Shown here piece by piece: positions 9,806-19,550 of a stretch of 64,000 bases of DNA (the first letter of the stretch is position 1; each line of letters opens with the position of its first letter). The DNA is taken from NCBI GenBank assembly GCA_039714595.1, contig JBDLJA010000001.1, positions 20,459 through 84,458 on the forward strand, read 5' to 3'. The notes beneath the pieces are model-generated. The model was not told the origin of the DNA and searched no databases. It saw only the letters and a program-made list of their open reading frames with translations. This DNA is from Thermodesulfobacteriota bacterium (lineage in GTDB: Bacteria; Desulfobacterota; Desulfobulbia; Desulfobulbales; SURF-16). Made by a program: the position numbers and the translations under genes.

Positions 9806-10867
9806 ATGGATCTCTCCCCTATCTACGCCCTTATTCCAGCAATTGCCGATAACCTCTGGGCCCAGTTCCTGGTCACCATTTTTTTCTACGGCCTGCTGGC
9901 CGCCATGGCAGATATTATCGTTAAACGTGTCTTGAAGCGCTTAAGCGCCAAGGCTGACAATGATCTCTATGACGCCATAATAGATTTCATTCACGCCCCC
10001 CTCTACCTCACCATCCTGATCCTCGGCTTTCTCCACGGTTTTTCCCTCTTCACCAATAACGAGCTGTGGCCTCATTTTGTTAGGCTGGGCAAGTCACTGA
10101 TACTCCTCATCTGGTTCTTCACCCTGGTCAAGATATTATCCTTTCTCGCCAGGCACCCGATCAGCACCCTGCGGGGAAAGGTGGGGCAGGACATGGTCAA
10201 CCTGGGCCAGAAGCTGGGTGTGGTCTTTTTCTCCATGCTGACGGCCTACTGGCTCCTGGGCATCTGGCAGATTGACCTGACTCCGCTCCTCGCCTCAGCC
10301 GGTATCGCCGGTATTGCCATTGCCCTGGCCGCAAAAGACACCCTGGCCAACTTTTTTGGCGGTATAAGCCTCTTTGCCGATGGCGCCTTTAAGGTGGGAG
10401 ATTACATAATAATCGACAACAACGAGCGGGGTGAGGTAATTGAACTGGGAATCAGGTCCACCAAGGTCCTCACCCGTGATGATGTCCTTGTTAATATTCC
10501 CAACTCCATCCTGGCCAACTCGAAGATCATCAATGAAAGCGCCCCCAACCCCCTCTACCGCATTAAAATCCCGGTATCTGTGGCCTATGGCTCTGATCTC
10601 GGCCAGGTTGAAGATATCCTCCAGGGAATCGGCCAGAACCACCATGGGATCGTAAGCTCCCCCGCCCCCCGGGTGCGGCTCCGCCTGTTGGCAGACTCTG
10701 GCCTTAACTATGAACTGTTGGTCTGGGTGAAAGACCCCCGCGAACGCGGCATGCAGACCCACCTGCTGTTACGCGAAATCTATGAACAACTGAATAAGGC
10801 CGGTATCAGCATCCCCTTCCCGCAACAGGAAATCCACCTGCACCGCCTCCCCACCGCCAGTAGTTAA
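9806..10867 (+). CDS. Small-conductance mechanosensitive channel (MscS family)
   Basis: 353-aa ORF. Has N-terminal TM helices and the conserved pore/beta-domain stretch ALAAKDTLANFFGGISLFADGAFKVGDYI. Confidence 0.85.
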   Translation: MDLSPIYALIPAIADNLWAQFLVTIFFYGLLAAMADIIVKRVLKRLSAKADNDLYDAIIDFIHAPLYLTILILGFLHGFSLFTNNELWPHFVRLGKSLILLIWFFTLVKILSFLARHPISTLRGKVGQDMVNLGQKLGVVFFSMLTAYWLLGIWQIDLTPLLASAGIAGIAIALAAKDTLANFFGGISLFADGAFKVGDYIIIDNNERGEVIELGIRSTKVLTRDDVLVNIPNSILANSKIINESAPNPLYRIKIPVSVAYGSDLGQVEDILQGIGQNHHGIVSSPAPRVRLRLLADSGLNYELLVWVKDPRERGMQTHLLLREIYEQLNKAGISIPFPQQEIHLHRLPTASS

Positions 10868-11109
10868 GAGCCGTAAGCCAACCAGGACAGTGAAAGGCTA
10901 AGGCGTTGCGCCAGATAAATAATTTCCCAATAGAACGTCATTTTCCCCTAAGGCAGAGCAGCCCCTGGGGAAAAAACTCCTTGTCTGCCAGGGGGAAATA
11001 TGGACATAATAAAGGATAGGCAAGCAACAAGAGTCAATATTATTAACTACTTACGCCGAGAACCAGACTTTCCTAAAGTGGAATAGTCACCACCCCAGCC
11101 ATTGCCAAC

Positions 11110-11496
11110 ATGCCCCGGCCCTTACTATCCATAATCTTCTGCCTGCTTCTGGCCCTGGCCCTGCCCCTCTTCAGCCCGGCCAGCGAAAATGGTCCTGCCC
11201 TACTGCTCCGGCCGATCATTAATCTGGAGAAGAACAAGAGAGGGGACGATGGCAGGCCACAGCTGGTCTTGCCTGAGCAAATGGGTCCGGCAGAGCTGGC
11301 AGCAACGTCTCCCCTCTTTTCCGGCCCTGGCGGGCTGGGCGACCTTGACATTTTTGCCCTCAGCGTAGGGGCCTCATTCTCATTTAGTGACTGGCTGGGA
11401 TTTGACGCCACCTATGCCGTACCCCTGAGGGAGGAGGAGTTAAGTCGCCAGGACGACAACTACACCCTTGAGGCCATGGTAACCATGCAGTTTTAG
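11110..11496 (+). CDS. Small secreted protein, possibly outer-membrane associated
   Basis: 128-aa ORF. Has a signal peptide ([24 protein letters not shown]) and alternating C-terminal strands ending in a terminal Phe (EAMVTMQF). No recognisable family. Confidence 0.45.
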   Translation: MPRPLLSIIFCLLLALALPLFSPASENGPALLLRPIINLEKNKRGDDGRPQLVLPEQMGPAELAATSPLFSGPGGLGDLDIFALSVGASFSFSDWLGFDATYAVPLREEELSRQDDNYTLEAMVTMQF

Positions 11497-11548
11497 CCAA
11501 ACCCTTATTCCCTTCTGCCCCAAACAGAGCTCACTCTCCCACCGCCCC

Positions 11549-12829
11549 ATGAATCTTGCGTCACTAAAAAAGGCCCCTACCATTTTCAGCGCGTCGTTGA
11601 AGAAAACAGCGCCCCTACTGCGCGCCGTCCAGTCGTCGGCCCACAGCCGGGAAATCTTCTTGCAGGCCGGCTCCCTTTCCTTCAAGCTCCTGCAATCCTT
11701 AATCCCCATGCTTGCCCTGATCTTCGCCGTGGGCAAGGGTTTTGGCATCCAGGACACCCTGGAGCCCATCATCATGGAGCATCTGATGGGCAAGGGCATT
11801 GCCGATGACCTGATACCCAAGGTCCTGCAATATGTGGACAATACCAATGTCAAGGCCCTGGGGGTCATCGGTCTCATCTTCATCCTCTCCACGGCGCTTT
11901 CCATGATCAGCGGGGTGGAGGACTCCTTCAACCGGATCTGGGGGGTAAGCAACGCCCGCCCCTTCTTCCGCCGTTTCACCACCTATCTGACCATGCTCAT
12001 GATCAGCCCTCTGCTGCTCATGATTACCATCAGCCTCTCAGCCATGTTAAGCAGCAACACCATCACCCAGCGGCTGATGGAAATCGGCGTTATGGCCGGC
12101 GTCATGCGTTTCTGGGTAAGCAGCCTGCCGTGGCTGGCCAGCATCATCATCCTCACCCTGGTGTATAAGATCATCCCCAACACCAATGTCAAGATCCGTC
12201 CCGCCCTGATCGCCGGGGTCATCGCCGGCGTCTGCTGGCAATGCAATCAGTTCATCTTCATCAAGTTCCAGATCGGCGTGGCCCGCTTCAACGCCATTTA
12301 CGGCACCTTTGCCAGCGTGCCCATCTTCATGCTCTGGGTATTTTCAAGCTGGCTCATTGTCCTTTACGGCGCCCGGCTGGGCCACTGCTGCCAACATAAG
12401 GTGGGCATCTTCACCGATGACAGTGAGGCCATAAGTTTTGCCAACCAGGAAAACATCCTCCTCCTCCTGCTGAAGAGATTATGTCAGGAGTTTGATGGAG
12501 GGAGGCGGGGGGCCTATGCCACTACCCTGAGCGACGAGTTTGAGCTCCCCTTGCCCTATATCACCCGCGGTTTAAACGCCCTTATCAAAATGGGCTATGT
12601 CACCGAGGTTGCGGGGGACGAAGACCCTTTTTTCATGCCATCGAAACCAAGCGAGGCCATTCTTCTGGCTGATTTTTTTATTGCCCACCGCCAGTTAGGC
12701 CGCGACCCTGATCGCCTGCGCCAAAATGCCAAGATCAACAGTCTCACATCTCTGCAGGCTGAACGCCAGGGGGCCGTCCAGAACCTCTTTCAGGACAAAA
12801 CCATAACCAGCCTGTACCAGAAGGAGTAG
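11549..12829 (+). CDS. YihY/BrkB-family membrane protein with a C-terminal soluble (winged-helix-like) extension
   Basis: 426-aa ORF. Polytopic, with the family-typical LSFKLLQSLIPMLALIF...YGTFASVPIFMLWVFSSWLIVLYGA. Confidence 0.7.
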   Translation: MNLASLKKAPTIFSASLKKTAPLLRAVQSSAHSREIFLQAGSLSFKLLQSLIPMLALIFAVGKGFGIQDTLEPIIMEHLMGKGIADDLIPKVLQYVDNTNVKALGVIGLIFILSTALSMISGVEDSFNRIWGVSNARPFFRRFTTYLTMLMISPLLLMITISLSAMLSSNTITQRLMEIGVMAGVMRFWVSSLPWLASIIILTLVYKIIPNTNVKIRPALIAGVIAGVCWQCNQFIFIKFQIGVARFNAIYGTFASVPIFMLWVFSSWLIVLYGARLGHCCQHKVGIFTDDSEAISFANQENILLLLLKRLCQEFDGGRRGAYATTLSDEFELPLPYITRGLNALIKMGYVTEVAGDEDPFFMPSKPSEAILLADFFIAHRQLGRDPDRLRQNAKINSLTSLQAERQGAVQNLFQDKTITSLYQKE

Positions 12830-12867
12830 GTGAGAGGCGTCGTGGCAGCTGTAGGAGATCAGTCATT

Positions 12868-15792
12868 ATGACCATCCTGGCCGATATTCTCTCGCACCGC
12901 TTCTGGCGCCGGGCCATCATGGCCTCGCTCTTCCTCCTCCTCTTCTACACCATCCTCGGTTTCTGGCTCGTGCCAAAACTGATCCAGCAGAGGCTGCGCC
13001 AGGATCTCAACTTTCACCTGCAGCGCCCGGCTGAGGTGGGTCAGGTAAGCTTAAATCCCTTCAGCCTGCGCCTCACCATCTCCCAGGTCAAGGTCATGGA
13101 AGCAGATGGCCAGGGGGAGTGGCTCTCCTTCAGTGAGCTTTGGGCCGACATGGCCCTCTTTCCCTCCCTGGTCAACCGTATTGTCGTGCTGCAAGGCCTG
13201 AAGATCAGCGACCCGCACTTTCTTCTGGTCCTTGAAGATGATAACAGCCTTAACATCTCCGACCTCTCCAGGCTCCTCACCGATAGAGTTATCATGGAGA
13301 GGCTGGAACGACTCTCGGCCATGCGCCTCCACAACCTGCAGGTGACTGGCGGCGAATTCACCTTCGTTGACAAGGCGGTGGGCTCAACCAGTAAGGCCAG
13401 CAAAGTTGCCATCAGTCTGCCATTTCTCTCGGCCCAGCCAGACGATGCCGACATATCCATAACACCGCGCTTCTCTGCCATAATTAATGACGTTCCCCTG
13501 GTCATGGAGGCCAAGAGCAAGCCGTTCAGCCAGAGCCGGGAAACAGGCATCAGCCTCTCCTTCACCGACCTGGACCTAACCAGTTTCCAGCCCTATCTCG
13601 CGCTGTTCAGCGCCATCAACCTCAAACAGGGCCGCCTGGCCCTGGATCTCAATATCGCCTTTGCGGTGAAGGGTGAGCAGCCGGATCTAGTGATCAGCGG
13701 CAGGACCCGGCTGGATGAGATCAGCCTCAACGGTCCCGGCTCAGAGCAACTTCTCTCAGCGCAGGCCGTGGAGGTGGAAATAGCCCGCCTTGATCTCTTT
13801 GCCCGCCGTTGTCAGCTCAAGCAGATAACCCTTGACGCCCCCAACCTGCACCTGGTCCGCCAGGCTGACCGAACTTTCAACTTCAATGATCTCATAGCCC
13901 ACCCCCCGCCCCCCCAAAAAAGCAACCATGACCCAGCAGAGGCCAAGGCCAACAGCGGCAAGGAGTTACCGGAGAGCAGCTCCCCGCCGCAACTGTCCAT
14001 AGCAAAAATTAGCGTTAACCAGGGAAAGCTCACCCTTACCGACGAGACAAAAAAACCTGCGGCCGGCCAGGTGATAGAGGGACTGACAGTAAGGATCGAA
14101 AACTTCAATAGCGGCAGCAGCCCAAGCCGGGTTGATATTTCGGCCCAGATCAACAATGACGGCCACCTTGAACTATCCGGCACCCAAAGCAGCAAGCCCT
14201 TGGCCGCCGACCTTGAGCTTGCCCTCTCCCTGCCCCTGGGTCCCCTGCAGCCTTACCTCTTTCCCAGACGAAATATTGTTGCGGCCCGTGGCCAGGCCGG
14301 ACTTAGCGGCAAACTGGCCTTAAAACCTGGGGGAAAAAACAAAAATTTGCAGATAAGTTTTCAAGGCCAGGCGGATCTCAACGATCTCCGCCTGGACAAC
14401 AACAAGGGGGCCAAGATATTGAAGGTGGGCGGGGTGAAGGCCGAGCAGGTCTCAGCCTCTTATCCTGAGTTGGCCCTGGCCATGGGCCAGGTGGAGATCC
14501 AACGCCCCAGCCTCTACCTGACCATCGACAAAAGTGGTAAGACAAACCTGGCCGCCCTTGGGGAGGAGGGTCCTAAGAAGAAGAAGGAAAAGAAAAAAAA
14601 ATCTGGGCCAGAACCAGGGGCCAAGCTCACCGCCGGCGAGATAACAGTAGATAAGGGGCAGATCCACTTCCAGGACAACTCCCTGGTGATGCCCATGGAG
14701 ATGAAGTTTCACGACATAAACGGCCAGATATCGCAGTTAATGGCCGACAAGGCGAGCAAGTTCGCCTTAAAGGCGGTCCTGGACAACCATTCCACCTTTA
14801 CCAGCCAGGGCCGCCTTAACCCCTTCCCGGCCCAGCGCAGTTTTGATTTCAACCTCAAAATAAAGGATCTGGACCTGAGCCGTTTCAGCCCCTACAGCGC
14901 CACCTATGTGGGCCATAAGGTCCACACGGGCAAGCTGTTCCTTAATCAAAACAACAAGCTCCATAGGGGAAGGGTCAGGGTGGACAACGATATCTTTATT
15001 GATCAGTTGCGCCTGGGGGAGAGGGTGAAGAGCAAAAAGGCCAAAGAGCTGCCACTGCGCCTGGCCATTGGCCTGCTTAAAGACGTGCGGGGGGAGATCC
15101 ACCTCCATGTGCCGGTGGAAGGTTCCTTGGACGACCCGGAGTTCAGGGTGGACTACGCCATCCTCCAGGCCCTGGTCAACATAGTGATGAAGGCGTCCAC
15201 CACGCCTTTCAACCTCCTTGGCAGCCTTATTGCCTTAAGCGAGGAGGACCAGTATGTGACCTTCGCCCCGGCCAGCAGCGTTATCACCAGGAAGAAAGAG
15301 GCCCCTTTGAAAAAAATCGCCCATGTCCTGGAGAATCGGCCAATCCTGAAGCTGGAGATTATGGGCCAGGCCGATACCAGCTCTGACCGCCAGGCTATTG
15401 CCGACCAGCGTCTTTTGCGGCTGTTGGAGAAGGAAAAAAGAAAGGTCCTGGCCAGGGAGTCGGGCCGCGGCAAGGGGCCGGACAAGGTGACGATCAGTAA
15501 AAAGGAATTCAGCACCTATCTGGCCAGGGCCTATGGGGCGGCGAAGTTCAAACGGCCCCGCAACGCCCTGGGCGGTCTGGAGGAGCAAGATGAGAGGGAG
15601 ATGGAGAGGCTGCTGCGGGAAAACATTGAGGTGAGCGAGCTGGATCTCCAGCACCTGGCCCGGGCCCGGGCCCAGGCCGTGGCGGATCACCTGAAGGAGA
15701 ATATGGGGATAGACGCCCACCGTCTTATGGTCTTAGAGCCGGAAAAGAGTAAGCCCGGGCAGGCCCGCCGGGTGACCGTGACCCTGAGATAA
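12868..15792 (+). CDS. Large N-terminally anchored envelope protein, DUF748/AsmA-like, with an OmpA-C-like tail
   Basis: 974-aa ORF. Single N-terminal TM, long beta-rich repeats, a KKKKEKKKKS linker, and a C-terminal ARARAQAVADHLKENMGIDAHRLMV segment resembling OmpA-like peptidoglycan-binding ends. Family call is from memory of the architecture. Confidence 0.5.
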   Translation: MTILADILSHRFWRRAIMASLFLLLFYTILGFWLVPKLIQQRLRQDLNFHLQRPAEVGQVSLNPFSLRLTISQVKVMEADGQGEWLSFSELWADMALFPSLVNRIVVLQGLKISDPHFLLVLEDDNSLNISDLSRLLTDRVIMERLERLSAMRLHNLQVTGGEFTFVDKAVGSTSKASKVAISLPFLSAQPDDADISITPRFSAIINDVPLVMEAKSKPFSQSRETGISLSFTDLDLTSFQPYLALFSAINLKQGRLALDLNIAFAVKGEQPDLVISGRTRLDEISLNGPGSEQLLSAQAVEVEIARLDLFARRCQLKQITLDAPNLHLVRQADRTFNFNDLIAHPPPPQKSNHDPAEAKANSGKELPESSSPPQLSIAKISVNQGKLTLTDETKKPAAGQVIEGLTVRIENFNSGSSPSRVDISAQINNDGHLELSGTQSSKPLAADLELALSLPLGPLQPYLFPRRNIVAARGQAGLSGKLALKPGGKNKNLQISFQGQADLNDLRLDNNKGAKILKVGGVKAEQVSASYPELALAMGQVEIQRPSLYLTIDKSGKTNLAALGEEGPKKKKEKKKKSGPEPGAKLTAGEITVDKGQIHFQDNSLVMPMEMKFHDINGQISQLMADKASKFALKAVLDNHSTFTSQGRLNPFPAQRSFDFNLKIKDLDLSRFSPYSATYVGHKVHTGKLFLNQNNKLHRGRVRVDNDIFIDQLRLGERVKSKKAKELPLRLAIGLLKDVRGEIHLHVPVEGSLDDPEFRVDYAILQALVNIVMKASTTPFNLLGSLIALSEEDQYVTFAPASSVITRKKEAPLKKIAHVLENRPILKLEIMGQADTSSDRQAIADQRLLRLLEKEKRKVLARESGRGKGPDKVTISKKEFSTYLARAYGAAKFKRPRNALGGLEEQDEREMERLLRENIEVSELDLQHLARARAQAVADHLKENMGIDAHRLMVLEPEKSKPGQARRVTVTLR

Positions 15793-15816
15793 CAATTTTG
15801 CTTTAGTGTTCACGCC

Positions 15817-17607
15817 TTACGGCTTCCAGCGCCCTGCCCCCTGTTTACGTAGCCGGATATGGCTCGGGGTGATCTCCACCAGTTCATCATCGTTGATGTA
15901 GGCGATACAATCCTCCAGGCTCATATCCAGATGGGGGGTGAGGACCACCGCGTCATCGGAGCCAGAGGCGCGGACGTTGGAGAGCTTCTTGCCCTTGGCC
16001 GGGTTAACCACCATATCGGCCGGCCGGCTGTTTTCGCCGATGATCTGGCCGCCATACACCTCTTCCCCGGGGCCGATGAAGAGCTTACCCCGCTCCTGGA
16101 GGTTGGCCAGGGCGTAGGCCACGGTGACTGCCGTCTCCTTGACGATCAAGACCCCATTGATCCGGTTGATAATATCGCCGGCATGGGGGCCATACTCGCT
16201 GAAGATATAGTTCATGATGCCCATGCCTTTGGTGTCGGTCATGAACTCGGAGCGGAAGCCAAGCAGGCCCCGGGTGGGGATCTTGTAGACCAGGCGGGCC
16301 ATGCCGTTCTCGTTGTGCATCTCCTGCATCTGGCCCTTGAGGCGCCCCAGTTTTTCGATGACCGGGCCCTGATACTGCTCATCCACACTGACCGTTAACT
16401 CCTCGTACGGCTCCAGCTGCTGGCCGCCCTCCTCCTTAAAGATAACCTGGGGCCGGGTCACCTGAAACTCATAGCCCTCGCGGCGCATCTTCTCGATGAG
16501 GATGGAGAGATGGAGCTCACCCCGGCCCGAGACCTTAAAGCCCACCCCCTGGGTGAGCGGCTCCACCACCAGGGCCACATCGGAGAGGGTCTCCCGCCGC
16601 AGCCTGTCTTCAATGTGACGCGAGGTGACATACTTACCCTCCTTGCCGGCAAAGGGTGAGTCGTTGGGAATGAAGTTCATGGAAAGGGTGGGAGGATCGA
16701 TCTCGATTAAGGGCAGGGGTTGCGGGTCCTGGGAATCGACAAAGGTCACCCCCACCGTCACGTCCTCCATGCCGGCTATGGCGACGATCTCGCCCACCAC
16801 GGCCTCATCCACCGCTACCTTCTCATTACCCTCGAAGCGAAAGAGCTTGGAGATCCTGATGGGCGAGATGGAGCCGTCCCGGCGGGCCACACTGATGTCC
16901 TTATTTACCTGCAGGGCGCCATTAACCACCTTACCGACACCAAGGCGGCCCATATAGGGCGAGTAATCGATGGTGTTGATCTGCATCTGCAGGGGCGCGG
17001 CGCTGCTGCCCTTGGGGGCGGGAATGTGGCGGACGATCATCTGGGATATCGGCTCCATGGTCATGTTGCCATCACCCTCCTCAAAGCGGGCGTAACCCTC
17101 CTTGGCCGAACAGTAGACAACCGGAAAGTCGAGGAGCTCATCAGGGGCGTCCAGCTTGACAAAGAGATCAAATACCTGGTCCAGGACCCAGTCGCAGCGG
17201 GCCGCGGGCTTGTCTATCTTGTTGATCACCACCACCACCGGCAGGTTATGGGCCAGGGCTTTTTTCAGAACAAAGAAGGTCTGGGGCATGGGCCCCTCCT
17301 GGGCATCCACCAGGAGCAGGCAGCCGTCACTCATGCGCAGGATCCGCTCCACCTGGCCACCGAAGTCGGCATGACCCGGGGTGTCGATGATATTGATCCA
17401 GTGGTCCTCATACTGATAAGAGCCATTCTTGGAGGTGATGGTTATCCCCCGCTCCCGCTCCAGATCCATGGAGTCCATGAGACGATTGGCCACCTGTTGA
17501 TTGTCGCGGAACATGCCCGACTGCTTGAAGAGCTGATCCACTAGCGATGTTTTGCCATGATCAACATGGGCGACAATGGCGACGTTACGAATCTTCTGGG
17601 GGTCCAT
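15817..17607 (-). CDS. typA: Translational GTPase TypA/BipA
   Basis: 596-aa ORF. IRNVAIVAHVDHGKTSLVD, DTPGHADFGGQVER and NKIDKP GTPase boxes, with the BipA-type C-terminus. Confidence 0.95.
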   Translation of the reverse strand: MDPQKIRNVAIVAHVDHGKTSLVDQLFKQSGMFRDNQQVANRLMDSMDLERERGITITSKNGSYQYEDHWINIIDTPGHADFGGQVERILRMSDGCLLLVDAQEGPMPQTFFVLKKALAHNLPVVVVINKIDKPAARCDWVLDQVFDLFVKLDAPDELLDFPVVYCSAKEGYARFEEGDGNMTMEPISQMIVRHIPAPKGSSAAPLQMQINTIDYSPYMGRLGVGKVVNGALQVNKDISVARRDGSISPIRISKLFRFEGNEKVAVDEAVVGEIVAIAGMEDVTVGVTFVDSQDPQPLPLIEIDPPTLSMNFIPNDSPFAGKEGKYVTSRHIEDRLRRETLSDVALVVEPLTQGVGFKVSGRGELHLSILIEKMRREGYEFQVTRPQVIFKEEGGQQLEPYEELTVSVDEQYQGPVIEKLGRLKGQMQEMHNENGMARLVYKIPTRGLLGFRSEFMTDTKGMGIMNYIFSEYGPHAGDIINRINGVLIVKETAVTVAYALANLQERGKLFIGPGEEVYGGQIIGENSRPADMVVNPAKGKKLSNVRASGSDDAVVLTPHLDMSLEDCIAYINDDELVEITPSHIRLRKQGAGRWKP

Positions 17608-17838
17608 AGATCTATCCTGGCAGCCAAGGGCCGCATATTTTTTTTCTAATCACCACTTAAGTTTCAGCCACTATTGCTGCTAAACTGGCTGAAAGTCGAT
17701 GGTAATCAGATATTTTATAACCACAGGGGTTAAAGAAATTATAACTATCTCGCGGCATCTAGGCGGCAAGAAAAAAATTACGCTAAAAGATAGCGTTTTG
17801 AGAAAGGCCCTTGCTTTTACCGTAAAGGGGGGAAACCG

Positions 17839-18396
17839 TCAAGAAAGACGATTGTTAAGATCAACGAGAAGCTCATCTGGCGAGGCGCAGGTGGGGACGA
17901 CCAGAAGGTGGGACTTGCTTAACTCATGGGGATACTCAAACTGCTGTTGCTGCTTGACAAAGATGTCCCAGGTACCGTCTGAGACCGCCTCTGGGTCTTC
18001 GGCCCGGCGCAGGAGGCGCTCCCGGGTCTCGGCCGGGGGGCAGGTACAGAGAATGAAGGTGTAATCATAGCTGGTCCCGCACGCCTCAACAAGGCGCCAG
18101 CGCTCGCTCTTCTTGTGATAGGAGCCGTCCAGCACCACGCTTTTGCCGCCTGAAAGCTCGGCCAGGGCCCGGCTCCAGAGCTCGTAATAGGTGCGGCGGG
18201 AGAACTCCGGCGTATAGATACCAGCGCCAAAGGCGGCAGCCGCCCCGCCCTTTAAACCAGCCAGCTCCTTGCGCACCACGTCGGAGTTATAGTAGGGCAG
18301 ATCGTTACGCTGGGCGAAAAGCTGGGCCAGGGTGGATTTACCGCTGGCGATGAGCCCCATGAAGATGAAGAGCTGCGGCCCCTTAAGACTTGGCAT
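17839..18396 (-). CDS. P-loop kinase-like ATPase (AAA_33/zeta-toxin-like fold)
   Basis: Walker A FIFMGLIASGKSTLA. I prefer ATG comp(18394-18396) over the ORF-track start at 18459, because the upstream 21 codons overlap the preceding gene. Overlaps that gene's stop by 14 nt. Confidence 0.65.
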   Translation of the reverse strand: MPSLKGPQLFIFMGLIASGKSTLAQLFAQRNDLPYYNSDVVRKELAGLKGGAAAAFGAGIYTPEFSRRTYYELWSRALAELSGGKSVVLDGSYHKKSERWRLVEACGTSYDYTFILCTCPPAETRERLLRRAEDPEAVSDGTWDIFVKQQQQFEYPHELSKSHLLVVPTCASPDELLVDLNNRLS

Positions 18397-19396
18397 AGGA
18401 GTGGGCCAGGCCAAAGTATTTGGCCGCTGCGTCCAGGGCCGCGGCCTGGGTCGCCCCATCCACCTCCGGGGCGTGGGCGGTGAAGAGGCCTATCTTACCG
18501 CGCACGTAAGCCCGGTAACATTTATAAAAATTCAAAACCTCGCGCAACCCCTCATCCCCGGAGCGGGCCACGAAGCTTTCAATAAAATAGGAGGAGAGAT
18601 CAGTTAAGCCGCGGAAATCAAGGTCCATGGCCAGAAAGGCCACGTCGCTGGCCACATCGTGGTAGCGGAAACGCTCATTAAACTCGATACAGTCGAATAT
18701 ATAGACCTGATCCGGGGCCAGGCAGATATTGGCCGAGTAGAGGTCGCCATGGCAGTCGCGCACCTGGGCCAGCCGGCTGGTAAATATTTCCTCCCGGGCC
18801 AGGAACCCCTTGGCGTAGCTTGAAATCTCAGCAAACTGCTCCTGACTTAAGGGGCCGTCATCACTAATAAAGCCTTCAGTCTGCTCAAAGTTCTCCAGGA
18901 CATTTACCGCCACGCTCTCAGCCTTGCCAAAACCCTGGATCTCAGGACCTACGGCGGCCGCAGCGTAAAAGGGCACCAGCCGCTGGACGATGGCGTCGAT
19001 GCTATCTTCGGTCAACTCGCCCCGGCCAATGACCTCAGCCATCATGCCCTCCTCTGGCATGCGTTTCATCTTGAGACCATACTCCTCCACCTCGCCAGAG
19101 CCGGCCAGGGCAAAGCCATTCCCCTCCCTGGTAACGGCCAGGGTGGTGAGATAAATATCGGGGCAGAGACGGCGGTTGAGGCGCAGCTCCTCCTCGACGA
19201 AGTGCTGGCGCTTGGCAAGAGAGGTGAAGTCGAGGAAACCAAAGTCCACCGGTTTTTTGAACTTGTAGACAAAGTCACCGGCCAGGAGGACGTAAGAGAT
19301 GTGGGTCTGGACCAGATCCACCTTATCCACCGGATGGTCATAGTGGCTGGGATCAAGAAAATAGTTGATATAGGCGGGCAGGGCGGGATCAGACAT
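18383..19396 (-). CDS. Aminoglycoside-phosphotransferase-like (protein-kinase-fold) phosphotransferase
   Basis: Kinase-fold motifs VRDCHGDLYSANICL and IFDCIEFNERFRYHDV. Start moved to MSDPALP (ATG comp 19394-19396), because the 44-codon extension in the track contains the ahcY terminator hairpin. Confidence 0.65.
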   Translation of the reverse strand: MSDPALPAYINYFLDPSHYDHPVDKVDLVQTHISYVLLAGDFVYKFKKPVDFGFLDFTSLAKRQHFVEEELRLNRRLCPDIYLTTLAVTREGNGFALAGSGEVEEYGLKMKRMPEEGMMAEVIGRGELTEDSIDAIVQRLVPFYAAAAVGPEIQGFGKAESVAVNVLENFEQTEGFISDDGPLSQEQFAEISSYAKGFLAREEIFTSRLAQVRDCHGDLYSANICLAPDQVYIFDCIEFNERFRYHDVASDVAFLAMDLDFRGLTDLSSYFIESFVARSGDEGLREVLNFYKCYRAYVRGKIGLFTAHAPEVDGATQAAALDAAAKYFGLAHSYAKS

Positions 19397-19470
19397 TTTT
19401 TTATTTTTTCTAGGGTGGGAGAGAAAAAAATACTCCCGGCAGGTAATGGGGGGCAGGCTTAGCTTAGACC

Positions 19471-19521
19471 AAAACAGCGAAAGAGCAGAGGGAAGCCCCC
19501 CTGCCCTTTCGCTGTTTTTTT
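19471..19521 (-). terminator. Rho-independent terminator downstream of ahcY (bidirectional shape)
   Basis: Perfect 11-bp stem AACAGCGAAAG (19473-19483) / CTTTCGCTGTT (19506-19516), with an A-run before and a T-run after. Confidence 0.7.
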
Positions 19522-19550
19522 GCTCCAAGGGTTACAGAGCAATAAAAAAA

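Noticed and set aside
16720-17544. Long antisense ORFs in the track opposite well-supported genes. Examples: 842..1630+, 16720..17544+, 21207..21971+, 23409..24149-, 25133..25708-, 27565..28176-, 29507..30232+, 38796..39506+, 49560..50279+, 57145..57918+, 58830..59654+, 60105..60797+.
   Set aside because: These are shadow ORFs typical of GC-rich DNA. They are rich in G/A/R/H/L, have no motifs, and each fully overlaps a gene with unambiguous family signatures.
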